This document shows, piece after piece, positions 16,523 through 25,189 of a stretch of DNA of 64,000 bases; position 1 is the first letter of the stretch; every line of letters starts with the position of its first letter. A program made the position numbers and the translations under genes. Below the pieces are notes generated by a model. The model was not told the DNA's origin. It made no database searches and saw nothing but the letters and a program-made list of their open reading frames with translations. The stretch is from Escherichia coli (GTDB lineage Bacteria > Pseudomonadota > Gammaproteobacteria > Enterobacterales > Enterobacteriaceae), in the NCBI RefSeq assembly GCF_024223415.1, contig NZ_CP100500.1. One strand, written 5' to 3'.

Positions 16523-17293
16523 TCACTTTTCCGATACAACACGGCGGGAAGAATCAGTAATCTGTCGAACAATATCCCGGTGCTTGTTCAGCTCCCGCAG
16601 CGCGGCGCAGACTCGCTCCCACTTCTGAACATGATTTTTCGCCCGACGCAATTCGCGGTTTGCCATATGCAGCGATGGTAAAACCAGGTCATCCGCTCGG
16701 GTTTCAGTAAACGATGGCAACGATTGCACAATATCAGCCACAGTTTCTGTTTTAATATCTTCCTGTGTTGCAGCTTCCTGTACTGGTAACGCAACACCTG
16801 CTGGCTGAGGAAAGGCTTTACCATCAGTTTCCGCTACCGATGCAGACTCCGGCCCTGCCGGTAAGTTGTCGTCCGGCAGGAAGTAACGAAATTTACCGTT
16901 CCGATTAACGCGTGCCAGCCGCCCCGTTGCGGTTACTACCGCCAGTGTGGAAGCAACCTTGCGAGTGCTGACACCGAACTTACCCGCCAGTTCCTCACAC
17001 GTTTTAGCCCCCTCCTGACTGATAAACTCAATCATCATGTCTGCGGTAACTTTTTGTTCGACCTCCCCGGTCAGCATATCCTGTGCTTCAGATTTTACTG
17101 GTCGCTCTTCGGTTACCCGGGATTCACCTTCGCCAGCCAGAAACCAGGTGTGACCAGTTTTATCAACGACGCCATTTCTTTTGAGTTCCCACAGCTCGTT
17201 CAGCACTTCTTCACGACTGATATCAAGTCGCGCAGCCAGCTCTACCGATGTGGCTTTTCCCATCGCTTTCAGTGCGTCAAAAACAGTCTCCAT
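16523..17293 (-). CDS. Hypothetical DNA-binding protein with two winged-helix-like segments (256 aa)
   Basis: N-terminal LAARLDISREEVLNELWELKRNGVV and central ELAGKFGVSTRKVASTL helix-turn-helix-like stretches. Confidence 0.5.
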   Translation of the reverse strand: METVFDALKAMGKATSVELAARLDISREEVLNELWELKRNGVVDKTGHTWFLAGEGESRVTEERPVKSEAQDMLTGEVEQKVTADMMIEFISQEGAKTCEELAGKFGVSTRKVASTLAVVTATGRLARVNRNGKFRYFLPDDNLPAGPESASVAETDGKAFPQPAGVALPVQEAATQEDIKTETVADIVQSLPSFTETRADDLVLPSLHMANRELRRAKNHVQKWERVCAALRELNKHRDIVRQITDSSRRVVSEK

Positions 17294-17325
17294 AAATTTC
17301 CTCCCGGTAAAAATTACTTCTCAAC

Positions 17326-17991
17326 TCAGACAAAACCAGCCGCTTTCCGGCGTTCATACTCCTGTTTCAGCAACTCAATTGGCGTTGGTCCCGACGGGCG
17401 TTTGGGGGCCGCCAGTTGTCGCCGGACTGGCGGAACGCTGAGGCCCATACCAACATGCTTTGACCATTTCGTCAGTTGCCGTTCTGCAAACCGTTTTAAC
17501 TCCCCTTCGGTCATCTGGCGTTCAATCCCCTTTGAACGCATCTCGAGGCATATGTGATACAGCACAGGCTGAGACCACGGGTATTTATCGCTTCCGTCGT
17601 ATCGCCAGGACTCATTGCGCCAGCGTCGGTACTCCTCCATCACAGCCCCCACCGTCAGACCGAATGGATTGGCCCCGCTTTCCGGAATCAGTGCCACAAA
17701 CTCAGCCAGGTCAGGAGGCCATGTTTCACCCGCCCGGCAGCGGTCCATGCACTGGCGGCAGACCTGCCGGATTTGCTGCTCAGTCATCGCGCCAATCTGT
17801 GCAATCCAGAGCTTCGAAGGTGCGGCCCCGTTCTTCCGGGTCCAGCGGTCCGAATAAACCTCCCCCATGAGTTCCCACAGCTTCCAGGCTGTTTCCGTCG
17901 CTGATAAATCCGTTTTCACGTTCCCACTGCTCACGTGCTGCCCGAATTTCCTGAACTGCCCGTGATGCGGTGCCACCTGGTGCTGCTGCAT
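17326..17991 (-). CDS. Replication protein P-like (helicase loader); start uncertain (ATG 17991, 17868 or 17787)
   Basis: C-terminal two-thirds resemble lambda P as recalled (YPWSQPVLYHICLEM vs YPWKSNAHYWLVTNL; ELKRFAERQL vs ELRRKAADEL); 17787 start overlaps O-like stop. Confidence 0.6.
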   Translation of the reverse strand: MQQHQVAPHHGQFRKFGQHVSSGNVKTDLSATETAWKLWELMGEVYSDRWTRKNGAAPSKLWIAQIGAMTEQQIRQVCRQCMDRCRAGETWPPDLAEFVALIPESGANPFGLTVGAVMEEYRRWRNESWRYDGSDKYPWSQPVLYHICLEMRSKGIERQMTEGELKRFAERQLTKWSKHVGMGLSVPPVRRQLAAPKRPSGPTPIELLKQEYERRKAAGFV

Positions 17992-18790
17992 GGTTCACCC
18001 CCTTGCTGACTGGTTTAACCTGCGCCCTGACGTGATTTACGTGACGGGCGAATTTCTGCTCCCACTGAACCTGTGTGAACACTTTCCCCTCCGCCATCCA
18101 GTAATCCCGGAAGGCGGCAAGTTCAGCAGGTGTAAATTCCGGTTCCGGCAAAGCCGCTCCCCACAACGCAGCCCGCCGTCGAAAATCCAGCGACGGATGC
18201 CAGCCATCGGCCATCGGAAATTTCCCGATGGGTTCACTCAGGCCATCCGGAAATTCAGGTTCCGCCACCTGCAACGGCGTACCGTTCGGTTCACTGGTCG
18301 GAGCACTCTCGCGCACGCGCGCGTTATGTGTGGGGTTTAATTCTTTATCTGTATCTTTATTAGTTGCCTTTGTGTTTGCGTCATGTTCAAACACCACACC
18401 AACATTTGTTTGAACACCTGTTAAATCTCTCTCTTGTTTTGTTTGAACATCTGCTTCCTTTCTGCTTCTTCTGGCCTGAACAGATGCTTTTCCGGCGGCT
18501 GATTTTTTGGTTAATTTTTCCCTGACTGATGCCAGATCTTCCTCAATCCGAAGATGCACCCATTCATCGCCGTTATCGTGAAAAAACTCCCGCAAGGATG
18601 GCTCCACATCAGCCCATCGCTCATTAGTCAGACGGGCAATTTTTGCCAGCCTGTTTTTAGGTATTGGCTTTCCTGTTTGCCAGTAATTGAACATCAGCAA
18701 CAAATACGCACCGTGCTCCTCTGCTGATAAATGCATGGTGTCAGCCAGGTAATCAGCGATGTACAGTTGCATGTATGGTAATGCGGCCAT
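17780..18790 (-). CDS. Replication initiator, DUF1376/YdaU-like (lambda O analogue) with internal iteron origin
   Basis: 336 aa; LMFNYWQTGKPIP N-terminal domain; iterons and AT-rich tract inside the coding region of a hydrophilic linker. Confidence 0.6.
   Translation of the reverse strand: MAALPYMQLYIADYLADTMHLSAEEHGAYLLLMFNYWQTGKPIPKNRLAKIARLTNERWADVEPSLREFFHDNGDEWVHLRIEEDLASVREKLTKKSAAGKASVQARRSRKEADVQTKQERDLTGVQTNVGVVFEHDANTKATNKDTDKELNPTHNARVRESAPTSEPNGTPLQVAEPEFPDGLSEPIGKFPMADGWHPSLDFRRRAALWGAALPEPEFTPAELAAFRDYWMAEGKVFTQVQWEQKFARHVNHVRAQVKPVSKGVNHAAAPGGTASRAVQEIRAAREQWERENGFISDGNSLEAVGTHGGGLFGPLDPEERGRTFEALDCTDWRDD
18384..18483. repeat. Origin-like iterons TGTTTGAACA (18407-18416, 18440-18449), inverted copy TGTTCAAACA (18384-18393), partial copy (18476-18483); adjacent AT-rich tract ~18335-18365
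   Basis: Exact 10-mer repeats read directly; arrangement mirrors lambda ori inside O. Confidence 0.5.
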
Positions 18791-18860
18791 AATTGCCTCT
18801 TCTGATACCGAATTCCTTAATCACGTACTACCGAAAGCGATCCGGTATAACTATTGCCAG

Positions 18861-19286
18861 TCAGTGCATCACCACAGCATTACCCGCCGGGCCACCACGA
18901 TTCATCTGATTGAAACCGGCGATTGCCACTGCGATAAAATCATCAGCGTCTCTCACCAGCCGTTCTCGTGTCTCCAGCAGCTCCCTGAAATAGGCTGAGC
19001 TGTGGCTACGCATTCTGGCCACCAGCAAAGGCGGCATTGCCTTTTCGATCGCTGGTAGTAACGCCTGAATTTTTTCAACCGCATCAGGGGTGTCTTTCTC
19101 CACCCAGCGGAAAATTTTCTGGGTATTACGGGCCAGGGCTTCCGGATGGCTGTCGTCATACAGTTCCGGGAACGTCATACCCAGCTCAAAATAAGCCCGG
19201 GTTATTTCAGCTGCCGGAACTTTTTCGCCATCCGGACGCGCCCAGGCATTCATCGCCATGCGGATGTGTTCATGCTTGATTTTCAT
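18861..19286 (-). CDS. YdaT-like protein (Rac-type, function unclear)
   Basis: 141 aa immediately downstream of cro-like gene, overlapping its stop; size and position as Rac ydaT. Confidence 0.45.
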   Translation of the reverse strand: MKIKHEHIRMAMNAWARPDGEKVPAAEITRAYFELGMTFPELYDDSHPEALARNTQKIFRWVEKDTPDAVEKIQALLPAIEKAMPPLLVARMRSHSSAYFRELLETRERLVRDADDFIAVAIAGFNQMNRGGPAGNAVVMH

Positions 19287-19551
19287 GAATCAAGCTCCTA
19301 GTAAGTGGTTGTGTTAACGTTTTGGTATCTTCCAGCTCGGGCCAAATATTCATCCAATCAAAAGGCCTTAGTTGCTGACGTGTAACTTCACCATTACTGG
19401 CTCGCTCAATAAGGACACATAACGATGCCCCTAACATTTGACCTTTACTCAATGCCTTTCTTAGATAACCGATGCTAGTACCACACTCACATGCAAACAT
19501 ACGCTGTTCATCTGACGAAAGAGAATTGAGAAATATTCTTAATTCTTCCAT
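19270..19551 (-). CDS. Cro-like / YdaS-like HTH regulator
   Basis: 93 aa; ACECGTSIGYLRKALS helix-turn-helix; divergent from repressor across operator region. Confidence 0.65.
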   Translation of the reverse strand: MEELRIFLNSLSSDEQRMFACECGTSIGYLRKALSKGQMLGASLCVLIERASNGEVTRQQLRPFDWMNIWPELEDTKTLTQPLTRSLIHENQA

Positions 19552-19581
19552 AGCTACTCCTTAGTAAACACAGCAAAAGAA

Positions 19582-19617
19582 TACCCACAGGTAAACAAAA
19601 GTCAATACCCTTGGGTT
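19582..19617. promoter_or_regulatory. Operator pair (OR-like): TACCCACAGGTA (19582-19593) and TACCCTTGGGTT (19606-19617) between divergent cro-like and repressor genes
   Basis: Palindromic TACCC-N2-GGGTA-type 12-mers 24 bp apart; same motif recurs downstream of repressor. Confidence 0.5.
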
Positions 19618-19652
19618 GTTTACCTTGCGGTAATCGCATCTATTATTTACCT

Positions 19653-20072
19653 ATGGACAAATATGAATTTAGACGACAACAACTCATCAAAATTCGTGAT
19701 GAGAAATGCGATGGTAAAGCGGTTAACGTGGCCAGAAAGATCGGTCGCGAGCCTTCTTATGTATCAAGAATGTTGTACCCAGAGGGGAAAAAAGGAAAAA
19801 AACGGATCGCTGATGATATGGTGGAGATTATAGAAGAGTCCTTTGGGTTACCCCGGGGATGGATGGATGGTATCGTTTCATCATCAACGAACACAGCCTC
19901 CAATTATGAAACAAGGGTTCTAACGCCACGACAACGTATTTTTTTAGATCTCTTAGACGAACTGCCTGAAAGTGAAGCGGATAACTTATTAAAAACTCTT
20001 GAAGAGAAAAAACAGTATTACAATATGATCTACGAAGAAATCCGTAAAAAGAAAGCACAAAACGCATCATAA
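19653..20072 (+). CDS. Prophage repressor (CI/RacR-like HTH)
   Basis: ATG at 19653 (MDKYEFRR); HTH AVNVARKIGREPSYVSRM; divergent to cro-like gene. Confidence 0.7.
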   Translation: MDKYEFRRQQLIKIRDEKCDGKAVNVARKIGREPSYVSRMLYPEGKKGKKRIADDMVEIIEESFGLPRGWMDGIVSSSTNTASNYETRVLTPRQRIFLDLLDELPESEADNLLKTLEEKKQYYNMIYEEIRKKKAQNAS

Positions 20073-20115
20073 CTCACCAAACAACCAGTCACCAGTTAAG
20101 ATACATCAAAAAAAT

Positions 20116-20152
20116 TACCCATGGGTATTTACTTCTTGGATACCCATGGGTA
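20116..20152. promoter_or_regulatory. Second operator pair: two perfect TACCCATGGGTA palindromes (20116-20127, 20141-20152) just 3-prime of repressor gene
   Basis: Exact 12-bp palindromes 25 bp apart, same consensus as OR-like pair. Confidence 0.45.
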
Positions 20153-20474
20153 TCCTTTCTTTCATACCAACCCACCCCGCCCCACAGAACGCAGGGCAAT
20201 ACTTCGAGTTACCAGGCAGTGGTCAGGGGTTAAGTAGCCAGCCCGAGGCGTATGAACATGACGGCAGGGTTTAACTTTAACTATGCAGCAGGTTTTTGTT
20301 CCGCTACCCCGGCGTTAAGGGGAAACAGAGGATTTCTCAGTGGGCGAAGTCAAACATCAGAATGGAAGGCATCCCGGGATCGGCAAAGAAGCAGCAATGG
20401 CGCTTTATATTGACATCAGCGCCATTGCCGGACAGGTAAGAATTATCAGAGCGGTAACTAAGCGGTATGTGCCT

Positions 20475-20675
20475 TTACTTCAGAAAGGCTCCGGTGATTA
20501 CACCGAAGATATTGTCAACGATTTCCTCATCGAATTGCGAGGACTCATCTTCAGTTACAAGGTGACCACAATTTTTGCAGATGGCTCCCGCGAAACTGTC
20601 AGAGCCCTGCGGCTTAAAGGATGTGTCGAAGACTTCGCCACCACATTCTGGGCAAGAAAACTTGATTGTATTCAT
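20475..20675 (-). CDS. Hypothetical zinc-ribbon protein (66 aa; CPEC...CKNC); strand assignment ambiguous
   Basis: CxxC-x23-CxxC pattern; competing 118-aa plus-strand ORF 20340-20696. Confidence 0.4.
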   Translation of the reverse strand: MNTIKFSCPECGGEVFDTSFKPQGSDSFAGAICKNCGHLVTEDESSQFDEEIVDNIFGVITGAFLK

Positions 20676-21484
20676 AACCAATTTCCTCTCGGGTAACAGA
20701 CCCCTCAGAGGATACCACCTCGCCTGACGTGGTTAAAAGCAGGCACACAACACGAAAGCGCACGGCGAGGTAGCTGGTTCATATATAGCCTGTCGTTAAA
20801 TTTTCGTCGACCGTGCGCTTCCGGTTGTGGCACTCCGCGAAATGGCGCGGCGGTAAGCATGGCGGGGTTCCCTTCCCCTTGAGGACACCGGGTTGTCAGG
20901 TTGACCATGCGCCTGAGTGACAACCCCGCTGCAACGCCCTCTGTTATCAATTTTCTGGTGACGTTTGGCGGTATCAGTTTTACTCCGTGACTGCTCTGCC
21001 GCCCTTTTTAAAGTGAATTTTGTGATGTGGTGAATGCGGCTCAGCGCACGCGGAACAGTTAAAACCAAAAACAGAGTTATGGGTGGATTCTCTGTATCCG
21101 GCGTTAATTGTTAACTGGTTAACGTCACCTGGAGGCACCTGGCACCGCATCAACAAAGTTCACTTCGGTGATGAAAGGTAAGAGAAAATGTTGAATGTAG
21201 CTATTGAAAACCAGTACGGGTGGAATTATAGTGCACCTGCACCTCATAAAACGGGTGCCGGGCGTGGAAACCCGAAAGTTACTCGAGCGCATAACCGCGC
21301 CGAAGCGGTTTTTTTATGCGTAATGCACAGCCACATTCAGATAATGGTGGGGCGTGCAGGGCAGCTGCAAGGCTGGCCGGGTTCTCGAGTGACCGGTATT
21401 TCCACCCCTGTACGTCTCGCCACCCTTATGGTCGTGGAAAGCCTCGGTGGTGAGTTAATTAACTTAACACTTGAGGATGCCATC

Positions 21485-22036
21485 ATGGCTACTACCCTTA
21501 CCCTTTCTCACCCTGACGTAACCATTGAAAATGGTCGCGCTGTCACTACGTCTATTGCGATCGCAGAATTCTTCGGCAAGCAGCATCACCATGTTGTTCA
21601 AAAAATAGAGGCCCTCGAATGTTCTGAACGCTTTTTAACCAGCAACTTTTCGCGGGTTAAATTCGAGCACCGTGGCAATACCTACAATGCCTACCAAATC
21701 ACCAAAAACGGCTTCGTTTTCCTGGTGATGGGCTTCACGGGCAAAAAGGCCGCTGCATTCAAGGAAGCCTACATTGCCGAGTTCGACCGCATGGAGGAAG
21801 AACTGCGCCGGAATAACACCACACCCGCTGACAAAATAATCCCGGGTGATGGCCGCACCCTGGTTATCCGCTTCGACGAACACGGCTACATCAAATTCAC
21901 CGAAACCGTTCCTGATGGCGCACTGGTCTGTACTCTGGATACTTTCCGTTTTTATCTGGAAAAGCAGGGATGGACTCTCATAAACCGGGGCGCAATTAAA
22001 AATATGACCGTCGAGCAGTTGCTGAGTATTAAATAG
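21485..22036 (+). CDS. Phage regulatory protein Rha family
   Basis: VTTSIAIAEFFGKQHHHVVQKIEAL...NAYQITKNGFVFLVMGFTGKKAAAFKEAYIAEFDRME Rha-domain signature; GAGGA 8 nt upstream of ATG 21485. Confidence 0.75.
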   Translation: MATTLTLSHPDVTIENGRAVTTSIAIAEFFGKQHHHVVQKIEALECSERFLTSNFSRVKFEHRGNTYNAYQITKNGFVFLVMGFTGKKAAAFKEAYIAEFDRMEEELRRNNTTPADKIIPGDGRTLVIRFDEHGYIKFTETVPDGALVCTLDTFRFYLEKQGWTLINRGAIKNMTVEQLLSIK

Positions 22037-22081
22037 TTTTCTGGAATTTCCTTCATATCACAAATTATTAAGGAGATTATT

Positions 22082-22303
22082 ATGATTGCTCATCACTTCG
22101 GAACCGATGAAATACCACGCCAGTGCGTCACTCCCGGCGATTACGTTATTTACGAAGGCCGGACATATGTTGCATCGGCAAACAATATCGAAAAGCAAAA
22201 ACTTTATATCCGTGATTTCACTACAAAAACATGCATTACTGACCGCATGATTAAAGTCTTCCTCGATCGTGATGGTTTACCTGTAAAGGCGGAGGCATGG
22301 TGA
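22082..22303 (+). CDS. Hypothetical protein (73 aa)
   Basis: ATG with strong AAGGAG RBS. Confidence 0.55.
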   Translation: MIAHHFGTDEIPRQCVTPGDYVIYEGRTYVASANNIEKQKLYIRDFTTKTCITDRMIKVFLDRDGLPVKAEAW

Positions 22304-22422
22304 GCTGTAATAAATAACTGACCCAATACGACATTCAGCTTAATAAATACATAAGGGTCGATTCTTATATGCCAGCAATGGCAGGGATTCGCACAACCTT
22401 AAAACAGCAATGAGGTTTATCA

Positions 22423-24876
22423 ATGAGCACTGATAAAGAAACTTTTGCGCTATATTGCGAAGCTAAAAATGACAAAGTCAGAAAACGCCTTGGGATTAAA
22501 GGTGGTTTTTACTGGACTACAGCAAAAAAATTATCTGTTGCCATCTCCCGCTGCATTACCGCAATGGATGATAACGATTATGATGAAGACGACTTTAAAA
22601 AACCTGTTCGCGTCCATTTGCCCGTTGTTGATGACCTTCCACCGGAAGGCGTGTTTGATACCGAATTCTGTAACCGGTATGAAAAAGGCGGCGAAGATGG
22701 CATCACAATGATATTTATCGCGCCTCCGCCATCCGCGCAGGACAAACCAGCCAGCACTGACAACACCAATGTTAATGGCGAAGACATGACTGAGATTGAG
22801 GAGAATATGCTTCTGCCGGTTTCAGGTCAGATTCTGCCTGTTCGCTGGCTGGCGCAACACGGCGGCGAAAAACCAGTAACGCACGTTTCGCGGGATGAAC
22901 TGCGCTCATTACATAACGCACAGGAAGAAAAACTTCCCGCCGTTACCGCGCTGGCCATCTCAAATAAAGCAGCGCAACTCGAACCGCTGGAGATTCGGGA
23001 TTTGTACAAACTGGTGCGGGACACTGACAAAGTTTTTCCCGCCCCCGTAAATTCAGACCTGGGACTGATGACCTCCTTCATCGAAGCATACCTAGACGCT
23101 GACTACACTGATCGTGGTCTGCTTACAAAAGAGTGGATGAAAGGAAATCGTGTTTCTCGCATCAGTCGCACACCATCCGGCGCTAACGCTGGCGGCGGTA
23201 TTCTTACCGATCGCGGCGAAGGTTTTGTGCATGATAATGCGTCAATGGCATTCGATGTTGCTACAGGAAAACTGGCTCGTTCGATGGATGTGGATATTTA
23301 CAACATGCATCCTTCACATACCAGACGTGTTAACGAAATTATCGCAGAAAATGATCCCTGTTTCTCCGTCTTCCTTAAGGCTTTTCTGAACATGCCAGGC
23401 GGGATGGATTATTCCCGCGCCATCGTGGTTGCCTCCGTGAAAGAAGCACCGGTTGGTATAGAGGCTATGCCCCACCGCGTCACCGAATACCTGAATAAAG
23501 TGCTGACCGAAACCGATCATGCCAACCCTGATCCGGAAATCGTGGATATTGCCTGCGGTCGTTCCTCTGCCCCAATGCCGCAGCGTGTAACAGAAGAAGG
23601 AAAACAGGATGATGAAGAAAAACCGCAACCGTCTGGCGCAATGGCAGATGAACAGCCAACGACTGAAACAGTGGAACCGGATACAACTGAACATCATCCG
23701 GACACGCAGCCGCTGGATGCTCAGCCGCAGGTGAATTCTGTTGATGCGAAATATCAGAAACTGCGGGCAGAACTCCATGAATCCCGGAAAAACATTCCGC
23801 CCCAAAATCCTGTCGACGAAGACAAGTTGCTGGCAACCTCTGGCGGAGAATTTGCTGAAGGGATTAGCGACCCGAATGATCCGAAATGGGTGAAGGGGAT
23901 TGAAACCCGCGATTCTGTGAACCAGAATCAGCAAGAAACGGAACAGAACGACCAGAAAGCGGAACAAAACAGCCCAAATGTGCAACGAAAAGAGCCAAAA
24001 GCGAAACAATCCGAACCAGTAGCGCAACAGGAACCGGAAAAAGTCTGCACCGTCTGCGGTCAGAGCGGTGTCGACAACTGTCCTGATTGTGGCGTGGTGA
24101 TGGGCGACGCAACATACCAGGAAATGTTCGATGAAGAGAATCAGCCTGAAGTTCAGGAAAATGATCCAGAGGAAATGGAAGGCTCTGCGCATCAGAACAA
24201 GGAGAACTCTGGCGGCAATCAGCATCATGCCAGCGATAGTGAAACTGGCGAGACGGCAAATCCCTTAATTAAGATAACCAGTCATCACAAATATAAGTCC
24301 ACAAGCAAAACGTGGTATCACCTGATGATCGACCTTGAAACAATGGGAACCAACACCAATGCACCCATAGTAGTTATTGGTGCGGTTTTCTTCGACCCGG
24401 AAACAGGGGAAATCGGGCCGGTATTTTATATCGTTATCAGCCTGACTGACGCAATGAATACAGGGGCTGTTCCTGATGGTGGCACCATCGAATGGTGGCT
24501 GAAGCAGTCCAGCGAAGCCAGAGCTGCCATTTTAACTGACCAGGTAAAAATGAAAGATGCCCTTTTGCGTTTTCGGGAATTCGTCAATGAACACTCTGAT
24601 GAAAAATTCGTTCAGGTGTGGGGTAATGGCGCAACGTTCGATAACGCAATTTTGCGCACCTCATACGAACGTCTGGACATCCCCTGTCCGTGGCATTACA
24701 GCAACGATCGTGATGTACGCACAATCGTTGAGATGGGGAAAATCACAGACTTCAATGCCAGAAGCGTAATTCCATTCGAAGGCGTGCGCCATAATGCTCT
24801 GGATGACGCTCTTCACCAGGCAAAATACGTAACAGCCGCTATACAAAAACTGATCCCGAATCAGGCTGATTTTTAA
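22423..24876 (+). CDS. Exonuclease: RecE-like N-terminal region fused to DnaQ-like DEDDh 3-5 exonuclease C-terminal domain
   Basis: 817 aa; N-terminal ~590 aa resemble Rac RecE as recalled ([78 protein letters not shown]); C-terminal motifs [27 protein letters not shown]. Confidence 0.8.
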   Translation: MSTDKETFALYCEAKNDKVRKRLGIKGGFYWTTAKKLSVAISRCITAMDDNDYDEDDFKKPVRVHLPVVDDLPPEGVFDTEFCNRYEKGGEDGITMIFIAPPPSAQDKPASTDNTNVNGEDMTEIEENMLLPVSGQILPVRWLAQHGGEKPVTHVSRDELRSLHNAQEEKLPAVTALAISNKAAQLEPLEIRDLYKLVRDTDKVFPAPVNSDLGLMTSFIEAYLDADYTDRGLLTKEWMKGNRVSRISRTPSGANAGGGILTDRGEGFVHDNASMAFDVATGKLARSMDVDIYNMHPSHTRRVNEIIAENDPCFSVFLKAFLNMPGGMDYSRAIVVASVKEAPVGIEAMPHRVTEYLNKVLTETDHANPDPEIVDIACGRSSAPMPQRVTEEGKQDDEEKPQPSGAMADEQPTTETVEPDTTEHHPDTQPLDAQPQVNSVDAKYQKLRAELHESRKNIPPQNPVDEDKLLATSGGEFAEGISDPNDPKWVKGIETRDSVNQNQQETEQNDQKAEQNSPNVQRKEPKAKQSEPVAQQEPEKVCTVCGQSGVDNCPDCGVVMGDATYQEMFDEENQPEVQENDPEEMEGSAHQNKENSGGNQHHASDSETGETANPLIKITSHHKYKSTSKTWYHLMIDLETMGTNTNAPIVVIGAVFFDPETGEIGPVFYIVISLTDAMNTGAVPDGGTIEWWLKQSSEARAAILTDQVKMKDALLRFREFVNEHSDEKFVQVWGNGATFDNAILRTSYERLDIPCPWHYSNDRDVRTIVEMGKITDFNARSVIPFEGVRHNALDDALHQAKYVTAAIQKLIPNQADF

Positions 24877-24940
24877 TGTTCAACCCCGGTCGTCGCCCAC
24901 CGGCTATAGTGGCGGCGACCATGATTAGCGAACGACGCTC

Positions 24941-25189
24941 ATGGCAAGACTTATTCTGCTCACTGAGTGGGCAAAAGAGGAATTCAGTGAACCGGTCCCT
25001 ACTCCGGGTACGTTAAGTAAATACGCTAAAGCCGGAATGATATTTCCTCTCCCCAAAAAAGTAGGAAGGCACTGGCGAGTGGATCCACGCGCTCGCTTTG
25101 TCGGAATGGTAAACAAGCCGGAGGTGATCGCCACAGATCACCCTGCTTTGAAGAGGATACTGGAAGATGGCGCGCCCGCGAAAATATAA
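24941..25189 (+). CDS. xis: Excisionase (lambda Xis-like)
   Basis: 82 aa directly upstream of and overlapping int; LTEWAKE...RHWRV resembles lambda Xis. Confidence 0.7.
   Translation: MARLILLTEWAKEEFSEPVPTPGTLSKYAKAGMIFPLPKKVGRHWRVDPRARFVGMVNKPEVIATDHPALKRILEDGAPAKI

Noticed and set aside
20340-20696. Plus-strand 118-aa ORF overlapping the zinc-ribbon ORF
   Set aside because: Not firmly rejected: one of the two overlapping ORFs is probably spurious. I favoured the minus-strand zinc ribbon because of its CxxC-x23-CxxC pattern, but the plus-strand ORF is co-oriented with the repressor and early-left operon.
21188-21484. N-terminal 99-codon extension of the Rha ORF from ATG 21188
   Set aside because: Rha-domain homology begins at ATG 21485, which has a GAGGA RBS; the extension has non-protein-like composition. 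Kept as a possibility in the findings.
23314-24259. Minus-strand ORFs of 304 and 131 aa inside the RecE-like gene
   Set aside because: Antisense to a long ORF with clear domain motifs; Phe/Leu/Arg/Cys-rich junk composition.
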